Shown here: positions 53,654-64,000 of the stretch, one piece after another | Layout: each line of letters opens with the position of its first letter | Numbering within the stretch: the first letter of the stretch is position 1 | Translations under genes and position numbers: made by a program | Source of the DNA: Tricharina praecox | Taxonomy: Eukaryota | Direction of reading: 5' to 3' | NCBI RefSeq assembly: GCF_024521635.1 | Contig: NW_026250409.1 | Location: forward strand, 682,001 to 746,000 | Length of the DNA stretch: 64,000 bases | The notes under the pieces: generated by a model | Databases searched by the model: none | What the model saw: the letters and a program-made list of their open reading frames with translations, nothing else | What the model was told of the DNA's origin: nothing

Positions 53654-54671
53654 TTACACATCCTCCAGAACGACGTCCTTGAACTCCCGCTCGACCTTCT
53701 GGCCCGAATCGTCCTGGGAAGACTCTCCGTGCAGGGACAGGAGGGCACCGAGGTCGAACTTAGGCTGCTTCAGAAGCTTAACCTTGCGGATGTGCACCTA
53801 TAAAACCGTCAGATAGCTGAGGGGACAGGGTGTCGATTCGGGTTCGACTCACGTTCTGAAGGGGGTAGATTCCAGCGGTGGCCTTCTCAATCTCGCGACC
53901 GATAACCTCGGGGATCAGCTTGGTGGTAAGCTGGGTCAGGTTACAGGTGGTAGCCTCCCGCTGGATGATCTCGACCATCTTCTTGCGGATAGCCCGGATC
54001 TGCGAGGTCTGGGCGTAGGTGGTGGTCTTGACCTGGTTTGGTCGCTTCTTGGTGAAGGCAATGGCGAACAGGCGAACGAGGTAGTCGTCAGTGGTCTTGA
54101 CGGTGATGTTGGCCTCAATTAGTGTCTGCCACTTGCGGACCATCGAGCGGAGCTTGTCGGACGTGAAGTCGAGACCGTGGAAGTTGGTCAGGCAGTTCTT
54201 GCCCTGGACCTCGTCGACACGGAGCTTGACCTTGCGAAAAGAGTGCTCCTCGTCCTTCTGGAGATCGGCCAGGGAAACCTCCAAGATGCGTCCTTTCAGG
54301 GCATCGTTGGCGTTCTTGAGACCGGTGGTACGGTTGACAAGGGTCTTTCCGACACTAATCGCGCGATTCGAATTCCCGTCAGCCAATCCATCCAACACGA
54401 TCCCGAGTCCGATATCGGCCGATTCCGTATCATGATTGCTCGTAGGTACGTATGTGGGGGTTGAGGGGAGGGTGTCTTACTCGCGAGTGGCGAAGGTCGA
54501 AGGAGCCTATAGTCGGGGAAACCCGTCAGTCATCAAGCTCTCGGTCGTGTCGATGTGAGCTCTCAATCTCACCTTGATGCTGTACCAGTCCTTGCGAGTG
54601 AAGGGGTCAATGGTCTTCTTCTTGAGACCCTTCTTTCCCTTCGAAAGTCTCTTGTTCTTTCCTACGGCCAT
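53654..54671 (-). CDS. RPS1: 40S ribosomal protein eS1 (S1/S3a); coding introns 54572-54507, 54480-54355, 53852-53798, plus a 5' UTR intron at about 54787-54688
   Basis: [73 protein letters not shown]. Confidence 0.97.
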
Positions 54672-54943
54672 GCTGTGCTATTCTTTTCTGCGCGCGAAAA
54701 CAACAAAACCAATAAATCAGCCCTCGCGCTCAAACAGAAACAACGCCTCGCGTCGACAGAAAATCTGGTAGGAGGGCGAAAAAGTACCTGGCGTCGGTCG
54801 TTCGGCGGGACGTCGGGTCGTTAGGCGTTGGGTGGTATAGCTGGCGGCCGGGTTGTCGTCGTGTGGGAGTGCCCTTTGCTTGTTGTGCGTGTGTGTGGGC
54901 GGAATTGCTTTGCTGTGTTAGTGTGCGAATGGCCCTCCTCGCT

Positions 54944-54966
54944 TATGACTGCGATTAGGGCAGGGC
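54944..54966 (-). promoter_or_regulatory. Homol-D-like (CAGTCATA) and Homol-E/GCCCTAA-like (GCCCTGCCCTAA) motifs upstream of RPS1
   Basis: The plus strand reads TATGACTG..TTAGGGCAGGGC just upstream of the RPS1 leader, resembling fungal ribosomal-protein promoter elements. Confidence 0.4.
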
Positions 54967-56590
54967 AGCCCCTCCTTGTGCGCCAAGACTTAGCGCCCAC
55001 CAGTTATCACAGAGTGATGCTTCATGACTAGCCTCCTTTCCCCCCTCCCCCACACCTTGTCTCTCTCCCTACCGACGACGACGAACGAGACTTCTGCCCC
55101 GCTTCACCACCAGCGCTACAATCGCACGAATCAGTGGCTGCATAAAGTAGCAAAGTACTAAAGTAGCCTCCCGGGCTTAAGCCTTAGAGTCTGAGAACCC
55201 ACGATATGCGTCATGGCACAGCATCAAGCGCAACGAGCCCCCTCGTCTCCCTTTGAGAACATGCGCACAACAAAGCACAACCCCCAGAACGAAGTCCGTG
55301 TCGATAGTATATAGTAGTCATGTTCTATCACGCTCAGGAATGCGGCTGCAAAAAGTGCACGCACGCATCGCATAGGTATAGTACAACCCCACGCCACCCC
55401 CAGAACCTCCCCCCCCCCCCCCACCACCACCACTACCCACCCCCACGCGATGCAGCCAGGCGACTTCACCAACCACAGTAATCACCACAGGCATCAGCTG
55501 CCAGCGGCATGCACCAAGCAACAAGGACCAAGCAGCAAGCACCCAGCACCAACCGCTTCCTCCCTCCCTCCCCTCCGCGACACGAGCAGCCCCCCTCCCC
55601 CAAAGCCCCCCCTCCCCTAGCCCAGCTCTCTCTCTTGAAAGAGAGACTCAAGCTCTCCACGGCGATCACTGCAGCCCGCATAATCAAAAGCACCACCACC
55701 ACCACCATATGTAGTCGCAGCCAGCCCGTTCTCCAATAACCCGCAGCGCGCGCGCCCCACCAGACAAGCAGACAAGCAAGCAGGCGAGCAGACAAGCAAG
55801 CTTCCTGATGCGAAACCCGATATGCCCGTCCATCCATCAGCCAGTCAGTCCACCAGTCCATCAGTGCGCCTGCTCCCTCCCTCGATGGCTCATAATGTAT
55901 TGATTACGGACGTCCGTCCGCGTCTCTACTCCACCACTCCACCACTCCACCACTCCACAACTCTACCACTCTACTACCTATTCCACTCTACTATACACTG
56001 TAGATTAGGCCGCATACGCATCCCGTCTCCTCGACGTCTGCGGACAGCATCCACAGCAGCAATAGTAGTAACAGCAGCATCCGCAGCAATAATAGCAGGA
56101 ATAGTAGGAATAGTAGGAATAGTAGGGTGACCACCATCCTGCCATCCATTCTATACCCATCCTATATCCTGTATCCTATACCCACCCATCCTATATCCAT
56201 CATTCACATCTCTGATGTCTGCTGCCAGCTGTACGTCAAACAGGTTCTGTGAGCTCCTCGAGGTCGACGTCGGGCTGAGGCCATGTGCACCGAGGACGCG
56301 CAATCTAATACTCTAGATACTGTAGATACTCTACGTGTAGAGTAGAGCAGATGCAACGAAATATCCAGAGGATCCAGAGGAGGATGGTAACACGGCGCGT
56401 AGATGGGAGGCAAGTATGTAGTAGAGCGCAACAGCAGCAACAGCAACAGCAACACAGAGCAGGCTGTTGTGTTGTTGTCAGGCTGCTGTTGGGTTGTTGT
56501 GTTGTGTTGTTGAATTCTTGGACGCTTGGACACTTGAACACTTGAACACACGAGCACCCAAACACACGGGCACTCAAACACCCAAACGAT

Positions 56591-56710
56591 CAAACAATCA
56601 AACAATCAAACAATCAAACAATCAAACAATCAAACAATCAAACAATCAAACAATCAAACAATCAAACAATCAAACAATCAAACAATCAAACAACCAAACA
56701 ACCAAACAAC
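56591..56710. repeat. (CAAACAAT)12(CAAACAAC)3 octamer array
   Basis: Read directly; flanked by related degenerate CACTYRAACA units. Confidence 0.95.
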
Positions 56711-57519
56711 CAAACACTTGAACACACAGACACTTATACACATAAGCACTCAAACACTGAGACACTCAAACACTTCGGCGCTTCAACACACATACACACA
56801 GACACTTGAGCACTGTCACTGTCACTGGCACGGTTGGCATTGTTGTTGACATATGTTTCCATTCCGTCCCGCCGCCTTTTCTCTATCGACTCTTACAAAT
56901 CGTCAAGTGTCCCCCTCCATGTGTACCTCACACGGAAGGGCTCTGGCTCGCGGCACAAGATAATAAGTACATGGCAAATACAGGATTCCACTCCACTCCA
57001 CACCTTCACCGCATAGTACATACACACACCCACCCCCCACCCCACCAAGTAGAAAGTCACAACTCGCGCCAGAAAAATCACAAACCGGCGCCACAAAAAT
57101 GTATAATAATGCAAATCGAAACCAAGACACCCACAGAAGCCAAAAAATGAAAGTTCAAACACCGACCCGTAAAAAACCCGCCCCCGCCCCATACCCAAAG
57201 GAAAGAAACAAAAAAGAAAATCGAATCCGTGAAGGTGTGTTGTGTGCCGGGGCTGTTCGGTCGCCCGGTGCGACCGAAGGCCCAGCACACTCCCAGCAAG
57301 CCGGAAAGGTTAAAGAAAAAACAAATGGACAAGAAACAGCCGTCGGGGCGAAATGATACTGAAGGTGGTCGACAGCGATTAGATCCGAAGAATATGTAAA
57401 ATCCGCTCAGCGCGCTTCGGTCCGTGCTGCGGGCAAAATTTGTGGTGAAAGTAGCGCTCAAGTCGTGCAAGATTGGCAGATCGAGGTTTGGGAGGTTCTG
57501 TCGAGGTTTTCGTGATATA

Positions 57520-58104
57520 TTAGGGAGATCCTTCGTCGTCACCTCCGCATCCTTTGAAAGCTTCGAACATTGGGAAGCTGATGTAGCCACCTGCAAGAGA
57601 AAATGTGATATCAGCAACGCATTCATTCCGGAAGCTGCGAACGGAGATCAAAGGGAACCAACCATCTGGGCTCTCTGGAAGCTGTTTCGTCGAGAACGGG
57701 AATTGCCCGCCCTCATCCGGTGGAGTAGATGTCGGTGTGCCTTCAGACGAGCTCATGCCGGTCGAGCCAGGGGAGCTCGCGGCACATAATCTCGGTGATG
57801 ACGGGACTGTGCTCGGAGTGGAGCTGACCACGGCCACCTTGGCGAGCAAGGCGCTCGCCCTCGAACTTGGAGAACTGCATCTCTCCCTATGCATAGTCGC
57901 GGGATCCGATGCCGTCACCGACGGAGGTGTTACTGACGGGGGAGTGAGTGGTGAACGACGTTTCATCTGGCACGTTGGTGTCGTAGCGGGTATTCGGGGC
58001 GCCGGTAGAGAGATGAATGTGGGGGGCTGTTCGTCCGAGACGGCTGCGAACTTTGAAGAAGTGGCACTGCCGTCGGAAGAGCGTCTTCTCTTATTCGAAA
58101 TCAT
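57520..58104 (-). CDS. Hypothetical Ser/Pro/Thr-rich protein; probable 72-nt intron 57662-57591
   Basis: ATG-initiated 194-aa ORF with NLS-like KRRRS and C-terminal YISFPMFE. Preceded by an ATG-free 1.3-kb leader and followed by a U-rich 3' region. Confidence 0.55.
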   Translation of the reverse strand: MISNKRRRSSDGSATSSKFAAVSDEQPPTFISLPAPRIPATTPTCQMKRRSPLTPPSVTPPSVTASDPATMHRERCSSPSSRASALLAKVAVVSSTPSTVPSSPRLCAASSPGSTGMSSSEGTPTSTPPDEGGQFPFSTKQLPESPDGWFPLISVRSFRNECVADITFSLAGGYISFPMFEAFKGCGGDDEGSP

Positions 58105-60584
58105 GACGTCGGTCGATCGGTGCGCTAAAAAAATAAATGATGTGATTCAACTTGGCCTATTCCTTTCTGAAGAAGAACAAGCTTTCCAGTCGACTCGGTG
58201 TATAGATCCGATCAACGGTGAAAGCAGGGAGGCAGAAGATTGTCCTCGTGGATGCGATTATCTATTCCGAGGGAAGATAAACCAAGCGGGACGATCGAGG
58301 TATTGTGTGCTTTTTTATTCCTTTGAAACCTTCGTACAAGTGCTAGAAGGTGTGCCAGGGTTGGGGGTGGAAGGCAGTTGGTAGTTCGATGTAGTGGTTT
58401 GGGTTGCAGCAACCTGTTTGTGTGTCTTTATTTTTTTGGCGATGTGACGTGCAATGGGGAAGAGCTGCTGTAACAGTAATGCGATGGAGGGTGCTTTTAA
58501 AGATTGTCGACGGCGCGTGCGATGCGGGATTTATTCTGGTGATGATTGTGGTTGTTGACGGTGAGGTGGTGGTGTTGACGATGATGATGAACGGAGGATC
58601 CGCCGGAGGGGCAGCAAGTAGTTATGTTGTGTGTGGTGGTGGTTGTGGTTGTGCTGGTGGTGGTGGTGGTTGCTACTGCTTGATATTGGCGGGGTAGCAC
58701 TGGAGGTAAGTAGGCAGGTTGGAGTAGTGAGGCAGTGTCGAGTCCAAGGTAGTAGTGGGTAGGTTGGAAGAGCTGGGGGTGGTGGTAGTGGGTGCGTTGG
58801 TGAGGTGTTTTGTTTGGTGATACCAGCAGGAAGCGCTGGGAGGGCTCTTATAGTATCTGGGGGAGCAGTCCGGGTTTTTATTTTTCTTGAGGGGGGGGGG
58901 GGGCGATGGTGGCAGTACTCTGTGCTCTAGTAGTAGTTGTTGAGCAGAGGTAGTAGTAGTAGATTTGTTGTCTAGCTGCTGCAGGCGTAGGTAAGCCGAA
59001 GGTAGGAAGCAGCTATGAGATGTCGTGTGTGTGGGTGGAGGAGGTGGTGGAGGTGGTGGTGGGTGCGACGGAGTGTTCAAAACCGGCCTGAGAGCAGCTC
59101 TGACCAGGGGGGCGCGCGTTGGTGGGAGTGGTGGAAGTGGTAGTGGTGGGAGTGGTGGTGTCGGGGGTGCCAGAGGACGATGTCAGGCCAATCCGGTTGT
59201 GGGTGTGCCAAATATACCCAGTAGATTTCGGTGCAGAGCAATCGAGGACTTGAAACTTAGGAAGGGCAACGAGTCACAGTGGTGACAGTGGTGCTCTCGC
59301 TCTCGTTGGTGCCGGTGGTTGAAGTTGTTGTCGTTATTGAAGAATTCGAATATGTAGATATTGATGGCGATGGTGGAGATGGAGATGGAGATGCGGATCG
59401 CAGGGACCGATAGGCAGCCAGCAGCATCGAACAGGTACCAGCCGTGTGATAGATGGATGGATGGGGAAATGTATATCGGTATATCGGTATATCGGTATAT
59501 CTGTTATATTGGCTTTTTTTTTTTTGGGATGGGCTACAATTCGCAGATGGATAGCTGGTGAAAGGCAATCGGCGGTATGTACATACAACGTGGAGGAACG
59601 ATGGACGAACATTCGAAGTTCGGAGAGAACGGGGGCGAGAACGGGGACGGCGAAGACTCTTTGTTATAACGGCCAGCGAACACAGCTCGCCATCTCGATA
59701 CCATCTCACATGGCGCACCACGAAACGCGGAGCAGAGCAATGTATGTAGCTAGGACGTGGGCCACTATTTTCCACGCAGAGAAGGATCTAGAGAACGGAG
59801 GTGCATTTCAACTGGTGGATGTGGAACGACCATCCGCGTGGCTCGCCGAGTCGGCTGTGGTTGGCGAAGACGACGGTGATGCTGCTTGATGATGACGATG
59901 ATGATGGTTGGTGGCTAATGGCTAGCTAATGGCCGGTTTGGCAGGATACTTGGGGCTTTCCCAGCGAAAGTCGTGCGTACGCCAGACCACCGGCGAATGG
60001 TTGAATTCCACACTCGGGCCTCCTCGGCCTATGAGAATCTCATCTGGCGAACCGAATGGGCCGTTCGGGCTTCATCTCGAAACCACCTCACCCTCAACAC
60101 ACCCATACTCACCCACACAGCACACTACACCGCACCGCACTAATGGTTAGTTAGTTACACCGCACGCGCACGTACGCACAGTTCACCGCTACCTATGGTT
60201 CGGTGTCGGCGACGGTGGGTGGAGGAGAAGGCGGTGGTGATGGTGGTGGTGGCAGTGATGGTGGTGGCCAGAGATACACACACGAACAGCCAGCTAGAGT
60301 AGAATCGGTGCTAGAGTAGTCGTGGGCAACATGTTCAGACTTCAGCCACCGCCCCGGTTGGGACGGACGTCCTCGAGGCTGGCGACGAAGGAACGAACGA
60401 AAGAAACAAAGTGAAGAGAAAAAGAAAAGAAAAGGAAAAGTGCATCTCGCCAGACGACGATGCTTTTCCCCTTCCAGCGATACGGAACGTGCTCTTTCGT
60501 CCCTCACCTCTTCCCTCCCGCAGCAGGCTGAAGTTTGAACAGTGAAGTTTGAACAGCGACTGGAAATAGATTGAGTATGCTAGC

Positions 60585-60665
60585 GGTGGTGGTGGTGGAC
60601 CTGGTGGTGGTGGTGGACCTGGTGGTGGTGGTGGACCTGGTGGTGGTGGTGGACCTGGTGGTGGT
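60585..60665. repeat. (GGTGGTGGTGGTGGACCT)4 18-bp tandem repeat
   Basis: Read directly. Confidence 0.9.
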
Positions 60666-61955
60666 AGGTGCTTGGGTAGGAGCATATCGATAACCATCGT
60701 GCTACCTATGCGAATAGTGCTCGCTGGCTGGCGTCTCCCTCCCTCCCTCGAAGTGGAAGTCATTGCATTGTTTATGCTCCAAGTACCTGTAAATGTTCTA
60801 GCGGCACTCTGCCTTCTCTTCTCCACCTCCGCTTTGATGGACGCGGACGTGGGAGAGCGGGGGAGGGGGAGAGAGCGAGAGAGCGAGAAAGACACACGCG
60901 CCGCCGCCTAGCCCAGCCTACGGGCTGACCTGACGATGCTCTGACAGGACAGGACAGCGCAGCTCGCCCTTGCCTACGTCCACCACACACGAACGATCCC
61001 GGATACCCTATGCTAAGTACCAAACCATGCCCATGTACATAGAGAATGTAACTACAAAGAGCATGTAGTTGAGAGGATGTGATGTACCTCCACGTTCCCC
61101 AGCTTTCGAGAACCAGGGCATGAACGGCACTTTTCTGCTGCAGCTTCTGGAGCGGCCGACACGCATAAGAGTTGACTACCAGAACGAACAAACAGAGACA
61201 CTCGAGAGACACTGGACGAGTAGTACGTACCGAAGTACTTGCCCCCGAGCAGGTGGAGAATGTATGGAGAAGTATGTACGTTGGGGTATTGGTAAGTACT
61301 CACAGGAACTGGTATCTATGCCCACTATGGTAGAGAGTACCTGAAGATGGCCAACGTATGGTAAGTATTGATAGTACATAGACTACATGCTTTGCCTCCC
61401 CTCATCCATCCATCCAAGCAACCAATCAACCAACCATACAAGCAAGCAACCATCCATCCATCCATCCATCCATCCCATCCCATCCTCTCCCCCACACACC
61501 CACTCCCACACACACACACATGTTCTTGCCGCAGGAGAAGAAAAAACGAGCTGCACCCCGAACAACTGGGCTGGCTGCGTGCGTCGAGGGAAGAAGGGTG
61601 GGCTCCTGCTGCTGCTGCTGTCGAGGGGAGGAGGTGGTGCTGCTGGTGGAGAAAGAGGCAGCCACCCACCACCACCACCACCACCACCACCACCACCACC
61701 ATCCAACGCAACTGCAACGCAAGTGAATCATGGAAGTCGGCTCTTCTCTTCCCATTAACGCCCGCATCAATGTGTGGGCGGTTTCCTATCCTTTCCTCTG
61801 CTAGCCAATCCAACCCTACATGCTCTACATACTCTATTCCGTTTCTTCTTCGATGTGCAGTACAGTGCAGTACGGTGCAGTTTTATCCGTGAGGGTGTGT
61901 GGGGAATATAATTATCGTTCGTGACATTGGGAATCTGGGATAGAGCAGCGGCGAC

Positions 61956-62003
<48 letters not shown>

Positions 62004-63147
62004 CGGATGGGCAGCGGATGGGCGCGCGGTGGGCGGTGGACTGTGGCCCTCTCCCGTGCGTATCGATTGCCTTTTGGAGGGAGCTGCAATTGCAGAGGGA
62101 GTACTCGAATAGAGGGAGTAGAGGGAGTAGATTAGCTGGAACATGAAGACGCAAAGGCGATCCCTCCGTGAAGACCGAGCTGCGGCGGACGACAGAAGCG
62201 GCGGCAGCAAGTTATCACGAACCGAGCGACATCGCAGAGCAATAGAGTCGAGTCCGTAAACCCAGCCAACCACAGCTACATACCACCTACAGGATCTCCA
62301 ATTCGGCACTGTCTTCCGGTACGCGAATGCGAATGCCATGTAAGGCGAAGGCGAGGCATTCATGTCGTGAAGATGCCGAGAGTATCTAACCAACTGTCTC
62401 TCCATTGCTGGAGCAGGTACATACATGCTCCCTACTCGTACGCACAGTAGGTACGGTAGCGATAGCGGTCCGCTTCGCAATGGCCTTTAACTATTCTTTT
62501 TTCAGAGTCGCCTCGCTTGATTTGATAGGCGATACATCTGACCACTTTCCTACATCTGAATCTGATGCCGCCGGATTGCAATTGAGGCCGCAAAAAAAAC
62601 ATAAAAATAAACGGCTGCTTGGAGATCATTGATCACGGCTTTCGTTTCGATGTCGATATCGATATCCTTCAGCTTCCTCGATTCTCCCATCAAACATGTC
62701 TATACCTAGCAGACTACCTACATCCACCAACTTTACAATCATCCCGACAAGGAGAGGAAACGAAGAAACGAACAAAAAACCACACCCTCAGCCCAGCGTG
62801 TCTGTCCCGTTGATACCCGCCGAATCCCCTCCCCACCTCCACTCACCCCTCGGTGCAGTTTTCCGCCCCCTACCCACCCATCCATCGCTATCACCACCGC
62901 AACCGCAACCATCATCATTGCAACTTACCGGCCTTGGTGGTGCTCTTCCACCTACATCTCACGAATAAGAGCCGGGAAGTTGCAAGTTGGAAGTTGGAAC
63001 ACCAACACCACCACCAGCTGGCTGGCTCCGGCTACCATGTTGAGCGTTGAGTGTTGAGTGTCGAGTGTGACAAAAGACATAAAAGCCGCGCACGAAGCAC
63101 GAGACCAGTATAGGTGGTATAGGTAATAGTGGTATGTAGTAGTGAAC

Positions 63148-63184
<37 letters not shown>

Positions 63185-63700
63185 AATCGTCATGCTCACT
63201 TCCCTTCCTGCAAAACTGGGCGAGCGACATCCGCGCGGATGGAGGACCGTGGATTACGGCGGAGTACCAGTATACCTGGTAATAGAGTGATCCATCCATC
63301 CGGTTGTGGTTGTGCTAGAAGCTCTCGAATTCGCTCATGTAAATCACCAATGCGTCCGTTCTTGTCGTGTTGTGTCGTCGTGCCAGATGGGAGAAAAACT
63401 TCCTCGTGCAAACCACCATTCATCGGATGATTCCCGCCAGCTCAGTGAATGCCTACATATGGTACCGTAATAATTGAAGATTCGGGGTTCCCACCGCGCT
63501 CTTCCACCTATCCATCCATCCATCCATACAGCCCATCCATCCATACAGCTCATCCATACAGCTCATCCACCCCTCCATCCATTCATCCATCCATGTTTAT
63601 TTTCCACCGTGGTGGATCTCCCCTCCCCTCCCCTCCCCTCCCGTTCCCCCTCCCCCCGTCCGTCCCTCGTCCCTCCCTCGTCCCTGCCACCTGGAGCAGT

Positions 63701-63763
63701 TACCTTACCTACCTTACCTACCTTACCTACCTTACCTACCTTACCTACCTTACCTACCTTACC
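63701..63763. repeat. (TACCTTACC)7 tandem repeat
   Basis: Read directly. Confidence 0.9.
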
Positions 63764-63875
63764 TGGCCTTCCCTACTATACAGCACCGCACCGCACATCC
63801 ACGGCGACATCGGCCTCCATCGAACCAATTGAAGCCACGATACGATACGATGCAACATACTACTAGTACCGTGTC

Positions 63876-63933
63876 ATGTATGATATGTATGATATGTATG
63901 ATATGTATGATATGTATGATATGTATGATATGT
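63876..63933. repeat. (ATGTATGAT)6 tandem repeat
   Basis: Read directly. Confidence 0.9.
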
Positions 63934-64000
63934 TTCCCCGGACCGGAGCCAGCACTCCTGCCACACTTATACCACACATTGATTTTACCCCATGATTGCA

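Noticed and set aside
54355..54480. Intronic C/D snoRNA in RPS1 intron 2
   Set aside because: Box C is imperfect, the CTGA coincides with the branch point, and I recognised no rRNA antisense element.
60335..60895. 186-aa ORF with PPPPGP repeats
   Set aside because: The signal derives from the 18-bp tandem repeat; the flanks are low complexity and not gene-like.

Overview
Eukaryotic genomic DNA from a filamentous ascomycete (short spliceosomal introns with CTRAC/CTRAY branch points; Pezizomycetes is plausible but only an inference). Two gene-dense housekeeping blocks are present. The first (1-17.3 kb) holds the 3' part of CSE1, MTO1, RMP1, a conserved hypothetical gene, PLP1/TXNDC9, a DUF1640/CCDC90-like gene, ECI1 with an apparent frameshift, and PUF3. 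The second (36.4-54.7 kb) holds NDUFA12, PGS1, RPL2, a PPPDE/DeSI peptidase, GRS1, RPF1, WPL1 and RPS1. Gene-poor, microsatellite-rich stretches (18.7-36 kb and 55-64 kb) contain two small genes of unknown function and several decayed coding relics. I saw no tRNA, rRNA, CRISPR array or intact transposon. Best leads: (i) an ORF-less, hairpin-dense region with minus-strand G-U bias at about 41.3-42.2 kb, a candidate unknown structured ncRNA; (ii) a 1.45-kb nearly AUG-free PUF3 leader with one uORF and duplicated Pumilio-like elements; (iii) two GC-AG introns in RPL2; (iv) a 7-nt microexon in NDUFA12; (v) 9-nt PUF-type elements just after the stops of three mitochondrial genes. None of these is established as a new system. 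All gene models were spliced by eye.
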